Notes: generated by a model from the letters alone, not told the origin. Shown: positions 46,158 to 56,649, numbered from the stretch's first letter. The stretch: DNA of 64,000 nt from Gemmatimonadota bacterium (GCA_039586795.1 JBDHJS010000012.1:1-64000); one strand, 5' to 3'. Numbers and translations are program-made.

Positions 46158-47873
46158 TCAGTGTCTTAGAGCAACCACCGAGTATCCGTTCGCGCCGCCC
46201 TCCCAGCGCAGTGCCAGCACAGCCGGACGGCCCACGCGCTCTCCGTTTCGCCAGGCCTCCACCGTCATCGTCGCCGTGTACTCCGAATAGGTCACACCAG
46301 CCAGATCTTCTCTGAGCCCATCGAGGCCAACGCGTAGGGTCTGCCGCGCGCCGTTAATCGCATCGCTGTCCCCGCTGAGCTCGATTCCTTGATAGGTGTC
46401 TTGTAGCTCCCAGCTGTAGCGGGTTTGTCCCGGCGTCCACACGCCAGCATCCAGGCCGAGATCATCGAACGTCAACTCCAGGAATGGCGCGTCCGATCCG
46501 ACGACCCTGACGACCGGCCTCTCGAGCGGCGTCACCTCACCGTACCAATACGCAATGATCTTGTCGCGGCGCCCGATCAGCAGCGTCGTAAGAATCTCTT
46601 CCGGCTCGGCTGACGGTAGGCCGCCCGTACGCACTGCGGCACGGATGTGATCGTCGCTGAACTTCGCGATGATCTTTGCGCCCCAGTAGCCGTCCGCTGG
46701 TGTCTTGAGGTTGAATGCCTTGTTAGGCCAGTTGGCGTTCCAGGTGCCAGGATCGAAGCTCTCGGACTGGAACCATCCGATAGACGAGTGATACTGGGAG
46801 AACTCGACGTCTTCCCAGCCCCTCTTGTAGAAGCCAAGGGTCATGATGCGCCCCAGCGATGGCCACAACGCGAAATTGTATTCACTCCCTTCGCGCGGGT
46901 TGTGTGAGCGAATGGTCCCGCTACCCAACGACGCGGCGAAGTCGATCAGGTAGTGACGGACGAAGCCCGGTGGATCGATGAACGCGTCGAGAGTATTCGC
47001 GTACCGCATGTCGACATGATTGAGCCAGGACGACACGACGTACAGGCCGCGGAGCTCGCGGCGGTATTCGTGATGGTAATAGTCGTTCGGATCATCACCG
47101 CGAACACCCGAGAAGTAGAAAGGTCCGATAGGTTCACCGGGGACAAACTTGCTGGCCAGAGCTAGATAGCGACCGCCTGAAAGAGTGTCCGTGAGGAAGA
47201 GGATGTCTTTGATGTCCTCCTCCGTCATCGTGCGCTCAACCCCCGAGACTGTGATCTCGGCGCTGGGATCCAGCACCAGCCGTGCCGAATCGAATACCAC
47301 GATATAGTCCTCGGGAGTGTGGTATCCGGCGGCGTAAAATAGCCGATTGGCAATCACACCCGCCGCGCTGGCGAGGTGCTGGTTGCCCCTGGGGTCGAAC
47401 TTGAAAAGGTAGCGGTCACCGCGCGCATCCTGGATGGTAAAACCGGGCGAGATGCCCGCGGCTTTCCCCCCTATGACCCGGAGCTCGCGAGCAGTGTCGG
47501 GTCCGACGGTCGTCGGCCCGCGAGCGACGTCCTCGGGCGTCATGTTCCCGAGATCGATTCGGTGCTCGTACCAGGCGGAGTTCAGAACGTCGTCGAAGCG
47601 AGTGATGTTCAGCGCCTCGTGGTCCTTACCGACCCAGCGACGCAGGCTGAGCCCGTAGCCTAGCTCGCCTCCCACCGATACGGTGAGTAGCCGTTTGACT
47701 TCGTTGATTTCCCGGTTGCCGGGGCGAGCGCTGGGCAATGTGTCCGCATAAGCGATCGGCTCGAGGGGGAGCGGGCTTGTGGTCTTTGTAGAGCCGCACG
47801 CCGTCAAGATGACTGCGCCGACGGCCAGTACCAGTCGACCCGGGTGGCGGTGACCGCGACGTACGTTCCCCAT
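46158..47873 (-). CDS. Lipoprotein with an atypical kinase-like fold
   Basis: Lipobox ILTAC; KAAGISP; YLFKFD; WLNHVDMRYAN; YLIDFAASLG. The ATG overlaps the Omp85 stop (TGATG). Confidence 0.7.
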   Translation of the reverse strand: MGNVRRGHRHPGRLVLAVGAVILTACGSTKTTSPLPLEPIAYADTLPSARPGNREINEVKRLLTVSVGGELGYGLSLRRWVGKDHEALNITRFDDVLNSAWYEHRIDLGNMTPEDVARGPTTVGPDTARELRVIGGKAAGISPGFTIQDARGDRYLFKFDPRGNQHLASAAGVIANRLFYAAGYHTPEDYIVVFDSARLVLDPSAEITVSGVERTMTEEDIKDILFLTDTLSGGRYLALASKFVPGEPIGPFYFSGVRGDDPNDYYHHEYRRELRGLYVVSSWLNHVDMRYANTLDAFIDPPGFVRHYLIDFAASLGSGTIRSHNPREGSEYNFALWPSLGRIMTLGFYKRGWEDVEFSQYHSSIGWFQSESFDPGTWNANWPNKAFNLKTPADGYWGAKIIAKFSDDHIRAAVRTGGLPSAEPEEILTTLLIGRRDKIIAYWYGEVTPLERPVVRVVGSDAPFLELTFDDLGLDAGVWTPGQTRYSWELQDTYQGIELSGDSDAINGARQTLRVGLDGLREDLAGVTYSEYTATMTVEAWRNGERVGRPAVLALRWEGGANGYSVVALRH

Positions 47874-49189
47874 CAGAAGGCCGTCCCGAAGGACACGCGG
47901 AGCCGGAAGCCTTCGTTGCCGAACGCGATGTAGTTGACCAGCGCACCTCCCTGGAGTGTAGACAGACTCCAACCGAAGCCGATACTCCGTCGCATGCCTT
48001 TGAGTTGAATCTCAAACACACGCGGCGCGATAGAGCCAGAGTCGTAGAAGACAAAGGCTTCAACGCGTGACCTTTCGTGAAGCTCGCGCCAGATCTCCCA
48101 CCTCCATTCGAGCATGAACGCGGCCATCGCCTGGTCTCGGAAGCGAAGCTGGTGATACGCGCGACCGCCTTGCTCGCTTCCCACGGTAGCCAGGTAGTAG
48201 AAGGGTACGCCTTCGCCACCCAGGCTCGTGTTCGATTCCATCGTTAGCCGAAACGCCAGCTGCTGCCGCGGGTTCAAAGGCATGTAGCCAAACAGATTAG
48301 CAGATGCACGTCCGAAATCGGAATCCGTTTCATCTATGCCGCCGAAGTATTCATAGCCGGCTTCTATATAAAGGCCGCGTGGCTGCAGACCGCGGGTGTA
48401 TGTAAGGTCGAGGCCGACTGATCCTCCTACACGGACGTACTTCACCCGCTCGTTCACCCCATAGAGCTGGGAGGATCGAGGGTCGTCCTGAATTGTCGGC
48501 ACTTTCTTCGACTTGCCGCGGCCGATGCTGTTGTCCTCCCACGCCAGCTTGCCTGAAACGACGAGTGTCGCGGCCCGATCGACCGGCCGACGGGCCGATC
48601 CAGTCAGCGAGATGGTCCACTGATCCCAGAGAAAGTTGACCCGCTCGTCCTCTCTGGTGTCCAGACCGATGCCGTAGAAGTAGGGCTGGGCGTTCCGCCA
48701 GAACGTGGCCGCGGCTTCCAGCGTTCGACCGTTTGATCCCTGCCACAGGAAACCCGCTCGGTAGCGCTGCGAGAGCCGAATTGAAAACGCGCCTTCGACG
48801 AAGAACGGCCGTAGGCCTTCATAGCCAAGACGCACGGATACGCCGCTGCGCGGACCGATCGTGCCGAAACCTCCCCTTACACCGGCGGCCTTGAGCGTTT
48901 CGACGATCGGGATCGGTTTGGGGTCCGGCTTGACGACAAAGCCGGCTAGCTCGGCGAACCCGAGGCCCAGAAGTCGCAAAGGCAGAATGATGATCTTGAA
49001 GGGAAGGGCGACCGCGTCGACTGCATCGAAAGGTGGTTTCGCCGGTGGACGTTGGAGTGTATCGCGGATTGAATCTGCTACGGCCGGCTTGATTGGCCCA
49101 TCATTCTGCTGAGCTTGAGCTGAGCTGATCGGGACGAGAAAGCTCGCCAGGACGATTGCAGCCACCCATATCCCGGGTGTGCCAATCAA
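47873..49189 (-). CDS. Omp85/BamA-TamA-family outer-membrane barrel with no obvious POTRA domains
   Basis: Signal peptide; YFYGIG; VPFYYLATVGS..GRAYHQLRFRD (variant of the RGY loop); FYDSG; C-terminal F. Confidence 0.8.
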   Translation of the reverse strand: MIGTPGIWVAAIVLASFLVPISSAQAQQNDGPIKPAVADSIRDTLQRPPAKPPFDAVDAVALPFKIIILPLRLLGLGFAELAGFVVKPDPKPIPIVETLKAAGVRGGFGTIGPRSGVSVRLGYEGLRPFFVEGAFSIRLSQRYRAGFLWQGSNGRTLEAAATFWRNAQPYFYGIGLDTREDERVNFLWDQWTISLTGSARRPVDRAATLVVSGKLAWEDNSIGRGKSKKVPTIQDDPRSSQLYGVNERVKYVRVGGSVGLDLTYTRGLQPRGLYIEAGYEYFGGIDETDSDFGRASANLFGYMPLNPRQQLAFRLTMESNTSLGGEGVPFYYLATVGSEQGGRAYHQLRFRDQAMAAFMLEWRWEIWRELHERSRVEAFVFYDSGSIAPRVFEIQLKGMRRSIGFGWSLSTLQGGALVNYIAFGNEGFRLRVSFGTAF

Positions 49190-51459
49190 TCCTTGTCTCC
49201 CTTGTCCTCAAGGAGGTCCTTCAACGCTTCCCTGTGTGTCGCGTCACCGAACAGCGTCGCGCCGGTCTTCATGAGGTCCGACACGACATCGTCGAGGGGT
49301 CTCAGCGATTTCTCACGCTGATACTCGCTTACGTCACCGATGAACGGCCAGAGTCTCTTTCGCACGTCGGCTGGCAAAGCTTGCTCGAGGTACTCTAGAG
49401 AGAAGCTCTTCAGGTTTTCATCGTCGAGCATCACGCCATTGAACGCGGCCCGCGCAACCTCCGGCTCCATGACCAGGCTCAAGAGACGGAACGTATGTTC
49501 GAGGCTCAGCTCTCCGCGCACGCCGACTCGCTCGGCGACCAGCTCATCTTTCTCGGCAGCATCCAGTAGTTTCTGCATCTCCCAGACAGCGCGGCCTCTG
49601 CCGATTTCGGCGCGCACCGCTTCCCAGATCACCGCGTCACTCCAACGCGGCGATCGGGGCATATCATGTCGGCGGCGACGTACGATGGCGATGGCGGCAC
49701 GGTAGCGCACCTCGAAACGGTTGGCTGCCAGCGCATCGATCAGCGCGTCGTCTGCTTCCTCGCCTCCCATTCGCCCGAGCACCCTTGGAATTCTGCGGCG
49801 AATGACGAAGTCGGTGTGCTCGCTACGAAGCAGCTTCGCCAAGTGTGGAACAGCGATCTCGCCAGCGTCGAGCAAGGAGACGATTGTGCGGTCGACAAGC
49901 TGATCACGGGCGAGCAAACGCGTCAGCGGCGCGACGTGCTCTTCTTGCCAGTCGGTGCCGATATCGAGGACTTGGTTCAGCGCCTTCAGGTCCCCGGACA
50001 TCAGCGTCGCCTTGATCGCATCGGCGGCCATGGGTCTCTCGGCGCTTACAGGCGCTTGATCAGCCTCCGTCTCTTGGGTTAGAGCGCCCTCACGGACCAG
50101 TGAGCGAACATCGATGCGGGTAAACGTTCCGCTCAAAAGATCCCTGCTCTCGAGTCGCGCACCAGAGTCTTTGGCCTGTACTCGCGTCCCGCTTTCCTGC
50201 AACTGTTCGGTTACGGTTGCGAAGTACTGACTTCCCATCCTTCGACTGAGGTAGACCAGGGCTAAAGAGAACGCGATGATGAACAGGGAAAGGAAGCGCG
50301 AATGGAGACCGAGCAACGTGACCACTCCGAACACGATGCCAGCACCGAGACCTTCGCCGACCGAATCAACCACCGAATCGATGAACGTCTTCGTCTTTCG
50401 ACGAACGATCGACGGGATCGGGACGTAGACCACCTCTAGTGCGGAGCGATACAGCGACTTTCGGAGCGCTGCGTCGGCTCCGCGGACGGCTGTGATCAGG
50501 AACAGACTGGGGGCGACCAGCATACCGACAGAGCCCGTCAGGAGCACTGCTGGCAGCACTGCAAGAGTCCAGGCGATGCCGGCAAGCGCGAGGAAACGGG
50601 ATACGAGCAGCAGTTGGATCACCAACGACACGCCACCTACCCAGCCGTAGAAGGCGCCGAAGAAGCTCGCCATTCCTTCCTGCGTGGTGAAGCTGTTCTG
50701 GGCGAACTCCTTGAATTGATAGTCGAGTAAGGTCGTGGCTATCGCGACGGCGAACACGATCGCGGCCAGCGTCCGTAGATGTGGTGTGTCCCAGGTCAAC
50801 TTGAGGCTCTCGGGAATCGATGTCCTCGCTTTGTCGTCACCTTCGTGTCCGGCGCCTGTAAGCGGAGGAAGCAGACTCTGCGCAATGAAGAACAGTCCGA
50901 TGATCGCGATGAGGAGAATGACCAACCAAGGGAGATCGAGTCGCCGCGTCAGCCAGACCAGCGAATTGCCCGTCACCATTGTACCCGCTGTGCCACCGGC
51001 GCCGATCAACCCGAATAGACGCTTGGCACCACGTACGGCGAAGTACTCGGAGATCACCACCCAAAATCCAGAAGTGAGGAGTAGGGTTCCGAGCGCCGTC
51101 AACAAATAGAACGCAACGACTTCTGCTCCCGGCACATTGCTGCGACCGAGGAACGGCCAGATAAGCGCGAGCCCAGCGGAGAGCGCGATCTGAACTGCCA
51201 TCACGACCTTGCGTGGCGAGTAGCGCAAGAGCAGCCGCGCAAACAGCCCCACGGTCGGTACGCTGATGACCGCCACGGCCGCGATGATGTATGGGAGCGT
51301 CTTTACGTCGTAGGCAGTAAGGTAAAGCGCCTCGCGCATCGCCCGTGCCAGGATGGCGAAGCTCATGACAAGAAAGGCGCCCCAAAACGCGAGCGTCACG
51401 TTGCGAACTTCGTTCGGGCGTACGTCGAGCCAGGCGGAAAGTCGCTGGAGCACGGTCAC
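49186..51459 (-). CDS. NTT/TLC-family (ATP/ADP translocase-like) MFS carrier fused to HEAT repeats
   Basis: LDVRPNE; REALYL; FW....F..R.AKRLFGLIGAGG; LLDYQFK; FFG.FY; R.KTK.FID; C-terminal HEAT repeats (VIRRRIPRVL, RFEVRYRAA). Confidence 0.8.
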   Translation of the reverse strand: MTVLQRLSAWLDVRPNEVRNVTLAFWGAFLVMSFAILARAMREALYLTAYDVKTLPYIIAAVAVISVPTVGLFARLLLRYSPRKVVMAVQIALSAGLALIWPFLGRSNVPGAEVVAFYLLTALGTLLLTSGFWVVISEYFAVRGAKRLFGLIGAGGTAGTMVTGNSLVWLTRRLDLPWLVILLIAIIGLFFIAQSLLPPLTGAGHEGDDKARTSIPESLKLTWDTPHLRTLAAIVFAVAIATTLLDYQFKEFAQNSFTTQEGMASFFGAFYGWVGGVSLVIQLLLVSRFLALAGIAWTLAVLPAVLLTGSVGMLVAPSLFLITAVRGADAALRKSLYRSALEVVYVPIPSIVRRKTKTFIDSVVDSVGEGLGAGIVFGVVTLLGLHSRFLSLFIIAFSLALVYLSRRMGSQYFATVTEQLQESGTRVQAKDSGARLESRDLLSGTFTRIDVRSLVREGALTQETEADQAPVSAERPMAADAIKATLMSGDLKALNQVLDIGTDWQEEHVAPLTRLLARDQLVDRTIVSLLDAGEIAVPHLAKLLRSEHTDFVIRRRIPRVLGRMGGEEADDALIDALAANRFEVRYRAAIAIVRRRRHDMPRSPRWSDAVIWEAVRAEIGRGRAVWEMQKLLDAAEKDELVAERVGVRGELSLEHTFRLLSLVMEPEVARAAFNGVMLDDENLKSFSLEYLEQALPADVRKRLWPFIGDVSEYQREKSLRPLDDVVSDLMKTGATLFGDATHREALKDLLEDKGDKD

Positions 51460-51645
51460 GCGTGGTACTCCCCGCGTCGCGCGTCAAGTCGAGCAGACGA
51501 ACCGCCTGCCTTGCCAGCGCTTCTCACGCCGCATTCCTCGAGGCATGAGAAGGCCCTATTCCCGACTACTAGGCTCTTAAGCATTGGGTCGAATGAATAG
51601 CAGAAACGGCGCGGCTGAGCTATAGCCTGCCGAACGACGGGCGCG

Positions 51646-53319
51646 TTAGATGGAGGGCCCCAAGGGAGACGCCGACGGATTAGACGCACTCAAGGGGGTC
51701 TCTTCCTCAGGCCGGATTTCGGGCTCGGGAAACATGCACTGGTCATCCTGGGCCTGCGACTCCACGATGCCATGAAGGTCCCACCACTCTTCGGCTCGAT
51801 CGCTATTCCAGGCATTGGCTACCGGTACCGCCTCGAGCGCGAGGCGCATCTGTCGAGCGGTCTGAAAACGGTCTCCCGGCTTCTTTTCGAGACACTTCAT
51901 CACGATTTCTTCCAACGCCGGCGGAACGGCGGTCTCGGTCACTTCGGACAACGGTTTAGGGGCGGTCTTAACATGGTCGACCACAACCTCCAGACTCGAT
52001 TCTGAGACGAAGGGCGGTCGACCGGCTAGCATCCAGTAGGCGACGCCGCCAAGACAGTAGAGGTCGGCTCGCCCGTCCACCTGCTCCGTCCCGTACACGG
52101 TCTCGGGTGCCAGGAACCGCGGGGTCCCGAACAAGATGCCTGTCTTGGTCACTGCGGCTGCCGTGTCAGCACCGATCTGTTTGGCCAGACCGAAGTCGAG
52201 AACCTTGACGAAATCATACAGCCCGCCACGCCGAGTCAGAAAGATGTTGGATGGCTTGATATCGCGATGAATGATATTGCGGTCGTGGGCTTCGCTCAGA
52301 GAGCCGCATACCTGTCTCAGGATGTAGATTGTCCGAGCTGGCGAAACGGGCCCGTACGTGTCCACCAGCTTCTGGAGATCCAAGCCCAACAGGTACTCCA
52401 TTGCATAATAGAGACCGTAGTCTGGCGTGCGACCGACGTCGTAGATCGTGATCGTGTTCGGGTGCGTCAGCGTCGCCGACAGCTTCACCTCACGTTCGAA
52501 ACGGGCCAGTGCCGTGTGACTCCCATCTTCTGCTGCGGTCATCACCTTTACGGCCGTCGGTCGACACATCAGCGCGTGTTGAGCAAAGTACACCACCCCC
52601 ATTCCGCCCTTGCCGATCTCGTCATGGATGATGTACTTGCCCAGCCTCCTCGCTCGGTGCGCGGTCTTCGTCAGGTTGTAAAGCGTGTGGCTCACGAACG
52701 CCGAGGCACCGCCCAGCATCGCGATTCCGATCAGTCCCCAGATCATATTGTCGCGCGCAGCGTCAGCACCGCCCAGCTTCGCCCAGAAGGCCTGATACTC
52801 AGGCAGGGCGGAATAAAGCGTGCCGTGGAGCAGCAGATAGAAAACCGCCGCCAGCGCGGCCAGCGACCACTGATGGGACGGCCGCCAGGGAACGAACGCT
52901 GCCGTGAGAAACAGCAGCAACGACACCCCAAGGTCGGGCTGGCCGGCAGGATTGAATGCACCCTGGTTGTAGATGACGAGCAGAATGTTGAACGCGATCG
53001 TACCAAAGGCGATGGTGTGCAGAAACCGATAGCTGCTCCTACAGACCGAATAGAGCAAGCCGAGAGCGATCGCGAAGGATATGGTGTGTGCCAATGCACC
53101 GGTCAGCCACCGGTAACCATCGAGCGTGCTTCCTAGCTCGAGACTCTGCTGTGGGAAGAGAACATTCAAGATCAGAGCGATCGAAGCGATCACCAGGCCG
53201 CTGATGAAGAGCAGGCGGCAACGCTCCCACAGCAATCGCAGTCGTTCGTCTTCGAAGGAGCCGGAAGTCGAGAAGGGCCCGGATAGCGCGCGCTCAATGA
53301 CCTGACTGGGCGTGGCCAT
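51646..53319 (-). CDS. Hanks-type Ser/Thr kinase with a multi-TM N-terminal sensor
   Basis: About 6 TM, then IGKGGMGVVY, AVK, RFERE, HRDIKPSN, DFG, GTPRFLAPE. Confidence 0.93.
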   Translation of the reverse strand: MATPSQVIERALSGPFSTSGSFEDERLRLLWERCRLLFISGLVIASIALILNVLFPQQSLELGSTLDGYRWLTGALAHTISFAIALGLLYSVCRSSYRFLHTIAFGTIAFNILLVIYNQGAFNPAGQPDLGVSLLLFLTAAFVPWRPSHQWSLAALAAVFYLLLHGTLYSALPEYQAFWAKLGGADAARDNMIWGLIGIAMLGGASAFVSHTLYNLTKTAHRARRLGKYIIHDEIGKGGMGVVYFAQHALMCRPTAVKVMTAAEDGSHTALARFEREVKLSATLTHPNTITIYDVGRTPDYGLYYAMEYLLGLDLQKLVDTYGPVSPARTIYILRQVCGSLSEAHDRNIIHRDIKPSNIFLTRRGGLYDFVKVLDFGLAKQIGADTAAAVTKTGILFGTPRFLAPETVYGTEQVDGRADLYCLGGVAYWMLAGRPPFVSESSLEVVVDHVKTAPKPLSEVTETAVPPALEEIVMKCLEKKPGDRFQTARQMRLALEAVPVANAWNSDRAEEWWDLHGIVESQAQDDQCMFPEPEIRPEEETPLSASNPSASPLGPSI

Positions 53320-53365
53320 TCTTGTTATCTCGGTGCAGATGCAATTCCCAGCACGGCGGTCCGCT

Positions 53366-55006
53366 CTACGGTTCGTAGATGAACTGGGACAATCCTCGGT
53401 TCGACATGCCGTCGTCGTCTACCGATGGGGCTGCCGGCGGACCTTCCGTCGCCAACCCGTGCAGCTCCCACCATTCGTGGGCTCGTTTCTGTGACCACCG
53501 CTCCGAGAACGGGATGCCTTTCAGCGCCTCCTCCAGTTCGGCCGCCGACTGGAAGCGTTTCTCCGGCTCCTTTTCCAGGCAGCGCATGATGGCGCTCTCC
53601 AAATCGGGATGTACGGGGAGCTCGGTGACGCTGGACGGACGAGTCGGGATGGCCTTCATGTGGTCGATGAGCAACTCGACGGAAGACGTGGAGTCGAACA
53701 CGGGGCGGCCGGTGGTGATGAAATACATGACCGCACCGAGGCAGTAAATGTCGGATCGTCCGTCGACTTCCAGCCCCTGAACTGCTTCCGGCGAAATGTA
53801 TCGCGGCGTGCCCACGGCCATCCCGGTCTTGGTCAGGCTCACGGCCTCGGGGGCGGTAACCTGCTTGGCCAGCCCGAAGTCCAGGACCTTTACGTAGTCG
53901 AACAGGCCGCCCCGGTGAGTCAAGTAGATGTTGCCCGGCTTGATATCGCGGTGGATGATCCCTCGCTCGTGGGCTTCGCTGAGCGCGCTGCACGCTTGGG
54001 CGATGACGTACGCCGTGCGCTCGGAGCTTATCGGTCCGAAGCGATCCACCAGTTCCTGCAGGTCGAGGCCGTCGAGGAACTCCATCACATAGTAGAACTT
54101 GTTGTCGGGAGTATGGCCGAAATCGTAGATCGTGATGGTGTTTGGGTGCGTCAGCGTCGCCGATAGCTGAACCTCGCGCTCGAAGCGTCGGATCGCTGAT
54201 GCCTCCTCCTCGCCGGACGCTTGCATCACCTTGACCGCGGTCGGGCGACGGATCAGGGAGTGCCGGGCACGAAACACCTGGCCCATGCCTCCACTTCCCA
54301 GTTCTTCCTCGACCACGTAGTTGCCGAGTCGACTGGCCTCGTGGGTCTTCACGCGCAGGCGGTACAAGGTCCGGCTCGCGACATAGGCAACGAATCCGAG
54401 CATCATGATGCCCGTCGTTCCCACTATGATATGATTGCGCAACGCCGCCAGTTCGCTGATCCCGATGACGCCACCAACGTCCGACCAGAACGTTCGGGCA
54501 TCGGGGACAAGGATATACGTAACGGTCGCCGATACAACGAACGCGGCGACGGCCAGGACTCCCAGCATGACAGGGTAGTGAGCGGGCGACGGGATGAAGA
54601 CTGCGTAGATGAACAGCGCCAGGGCCGCAGCCAGGTAAGGCTCCTCCGCGGTCGCGGTCGAGGCAAGCATGAACGTGCTGATTACGAGGGCCGAGGCGAT
54701 GATCCAGAACGCCAGCTGCTGCAGCTGGCGTGCACTGCCCTGCAGCAACCACGTCAGGCCGAGCCCGACGAGAAAGATCGCGATCTGAGCCAGGCGGATC
54801 TTGGGTTCGTGGACGGTCAGGCCAGCATCTGGCAGCGTCGCGGGTATCTGCAGGAAACGATCGAACAGGAAGTTGCCGGCAACCAGCAGCAGGACGATCA
54901 CGAGCGCCAGGCGCGTCCTGTACAACAACAGGTCGCGCAGCTCTTTGTCGAACGAACTGCTGGTCAGCACCGACTCCGGGGTCGCGACTGCGAAATTGGT
55001 GTTCAT
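53366..55006 (-). CDS. Hanks-type Ser/Thr kinase with a multi-TM N-terminal sensor (paralogue)
   Basis: LGSGGMGQVF, AVK, HRDIKPGN, DFG, GTPRYISPE. Confidence 0.93.
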   Translation of the reverse strand: MNTNFAVATPESVLTSSSFDKELRDLLLYRTRLALVIVLLLVAGNFLFDRFLQIPATLPDAGLTVHEPKIRLAQIAIFLVGLGLTWLLQGSARQLQQLAFWIIASALVISTFMLASTATAEEPYLAAALALFIYAVFIPSPAHYPVMLGVLAVAAFVVSATVTYILVPDARTFWSDVGGVIGISELAALRNHIIVGTTGIMMLGFVAYVASRTLYRLRVKTHEASRLGNYVVEEELGSGGMGQVFRARHSLIRRPTAVKVMQASGEEEASAIRRFEREVQLSATLTHPNTITIYDFGHTPDNKFYYVMEFLDGLDLQELVDRFGPISSERTAYVIAQACSALSEAHERGIIHRDIKPGNIYLTHRGGLFDYVKVLDFGLAKQVTAPEAVSLTKTGMAVGTPRYISPEAVQGLEVDGRSDIYCLGAVMYFITTGRPVFDSTSSVELLIDHMKAIPTRPSSVTELPVHPDLESAIMRCLEKEPEKRFQSAAELEEALKGIPFSERWSQKRAHEWWELHGLATEGPPAAPSVDDDGMSNRGLSQFIYEP

Positions 55007-55209
55007 TTGCTGCGAATATAGCGAACGGCGTCAACGCTCGCACAGAGCCGGGGGAAGTCGAGGACATGCGGTCGCGCTTCGCTTTGCCACAGCGTAAGTT
55101 GTCAGGCACAATCACAACGTTGCAGACGTTCTCACCAGCAAGGCACAGCGGCCGACTCGTGAGACGATCCAGGTCTCACAGAGTCACAAAGTGACCAACC
55201 AGGTTAGGA

Positions 55210-56649
55210 ATGAGTGAAATCATGCGCAGGGGAAGTCTCCAAATTGTCTTGAGTCTTGTCATACTTGCTCTGATTGCGCCGTCCCATGCCAATGCCCAGA
55301 GTCGCGACAGGGCGTTGGAAGCGCTTGCGGGGCTCAGCGCGTCCTTCGAGGCGCTCTCCGAGAAAGTGAATCCCGCCGTCGTGCAAATCCTTGCCAGGGG
55401 CTATGCGCCGTTGCAGGCGACGGATGCGCCAGGCGGGGGCTTGATAACCCGACGCAGCGTTGGCGGTTCGGGCGTCATACTGGACCCCGACGGATACATC
55501 GTCACCAACCTCCACGTGATCGAAGGCGCCACCAACATCCAGGTCCGACTGGCCACGCCGGCCGAAGACGCACCGCCCGGCGAATCCGTCCTCAAACCGG
55601 CAGGGAAACTGGTGGGTGCCTCAGTTGTGGGCATCGACCGCGAGACCGACCTGGCGGTGCTCAAGGTGAACGAACGGAATCTGGCCTTCTTGCCGCTGGG
55701 AGACTCGGAGGAGATTCGGAAAGGTCAGTTGGTGTTCGCATTTGGCAGTCCGCTCGGGCTGGAGAACTCGGTCTCGATGGGTGTTGTCAGTGCGGTGGCC
55801 CGGCAGCTGCGGTCCGAAGACCCGATGATCTATATCCAGACCGATGCGCCGATAAACCCGGGGAACAGCGGAGGTCCGCTGGTCGATCCGCAAGGCAGTG
55901 TAGTCGGTATCAACACGATGATCATCTCGCAGTCGGGTGGCAGCGAGGGACTCGGGTTCGCCGCGCCGGCCAATATCGTTCGGAACGTCTTCAACCAGAT
56001 CAGGAACACGGGGTACGTCAGGCGCGGCGAGATTGGGGTACACAGCCAGACGCTGACCCCGACTCTCGCGGCCGGGCTCGGGCTCAGCCGCGATTGGGGT
56101 GTGGTTCTGGGAGATGTCTATCCGAACAGCCCGGCGGAGCAGGCCGGCCTGCTCGTTGGTGACATCATCTTGACGATGGACGGCAAGGTGATGGAGAACG
56201 GCCGTCAGATGCGAGTCAATCTGTACGGTCGGCCCGTTGGTGAGCGAGTCGTGCTCGAGGTGTTGCGTGGCCAGGAGAGACTGACCATCAACGTCACGGT
56301 CTACGAGCGTGAGAACGATGCGAATCGGTTCACGACGCTCGTGACTCCGGAAGAGAACCTCGTGGAGCGACTCGGCATCCTGGGGGTAGATCTGAATCCG
56401 CAAATCGCGACGATGCTTCCGGGGCTGCGGACGCCCAACGGTGTCGTGGTGGCTGCCCGGGCTCCCGATTCGACCTCAGGTCAGGTTGGACTGCAGCCGG
56501 GCGATGTCATCCACGCTGTTAACGGCCAACCTGTGACGACGCTGGCCGAACTCCGTCGGATCTTGAACAGCTTCGCCGTAGGTGAAGCAACCGTGCTTCA
56601 GGTCGGGCGGCAGGGAAGATTGATGTTCGTCGCGTTCGCGATGGAGTAG
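55210..56649 (+). CDS. HtrA/DegP-family serine protease with two PDZ domains
   Basis: GSGVI; VTNLHVI; DLAVLK; IQTDAPINPGNSGGPL; SPAEQAGL..GDII; GLQPGDVI. Confidence 0.95.
   Translation: MSEIMRRGSLQIVLSLVILALIAPSHANAQSRDRALEALAGLSASFEALSEKVNPAVVQILARGYAPLQATDAPGGGLITRRSVGGSGVILDPDGYIVTNLHVIEGATNIQVRLATPAEDAPPGESVLKPAGKLVGASVVGIDRETDLAVLKVNERNLAFLPLGDSEEIRKGQLVFAFGSPLGLENSVSMGVVSAVARQLRSEDPMIYIQTDAPINPGNSGGPLVDPQGSVVGINTMIISQSGGSEGLGFAAPANIVRNVFNQIRNTGYVRRGEIGVHSQTLTPTLAAGLGLSRDWGVVLGDVYPNSPAEQAGLLVGDIILTMDGKVMENGRQMRVNLYGRPVGERVVLEVLRGQERLTINVTVYERENDANRFTTLVTPEENLVERLGILGVDLNPQIATMLPGLRTPNGVVVAARAPDSTSGQVGLQPGDVIHAVNGQPVTTLAELRRILNSFAVGEATVLQVGRQGRLMFVAFAME

Noticed and set aside
53325..55115. 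596-aa ORF overlapping the kinase on the same strand (also 23273..24556 within dnaE2)
   Set aside because: Arg/Pro/Gly-rich off-frame translation; the overlapped frame carries all the catalytic motifs.
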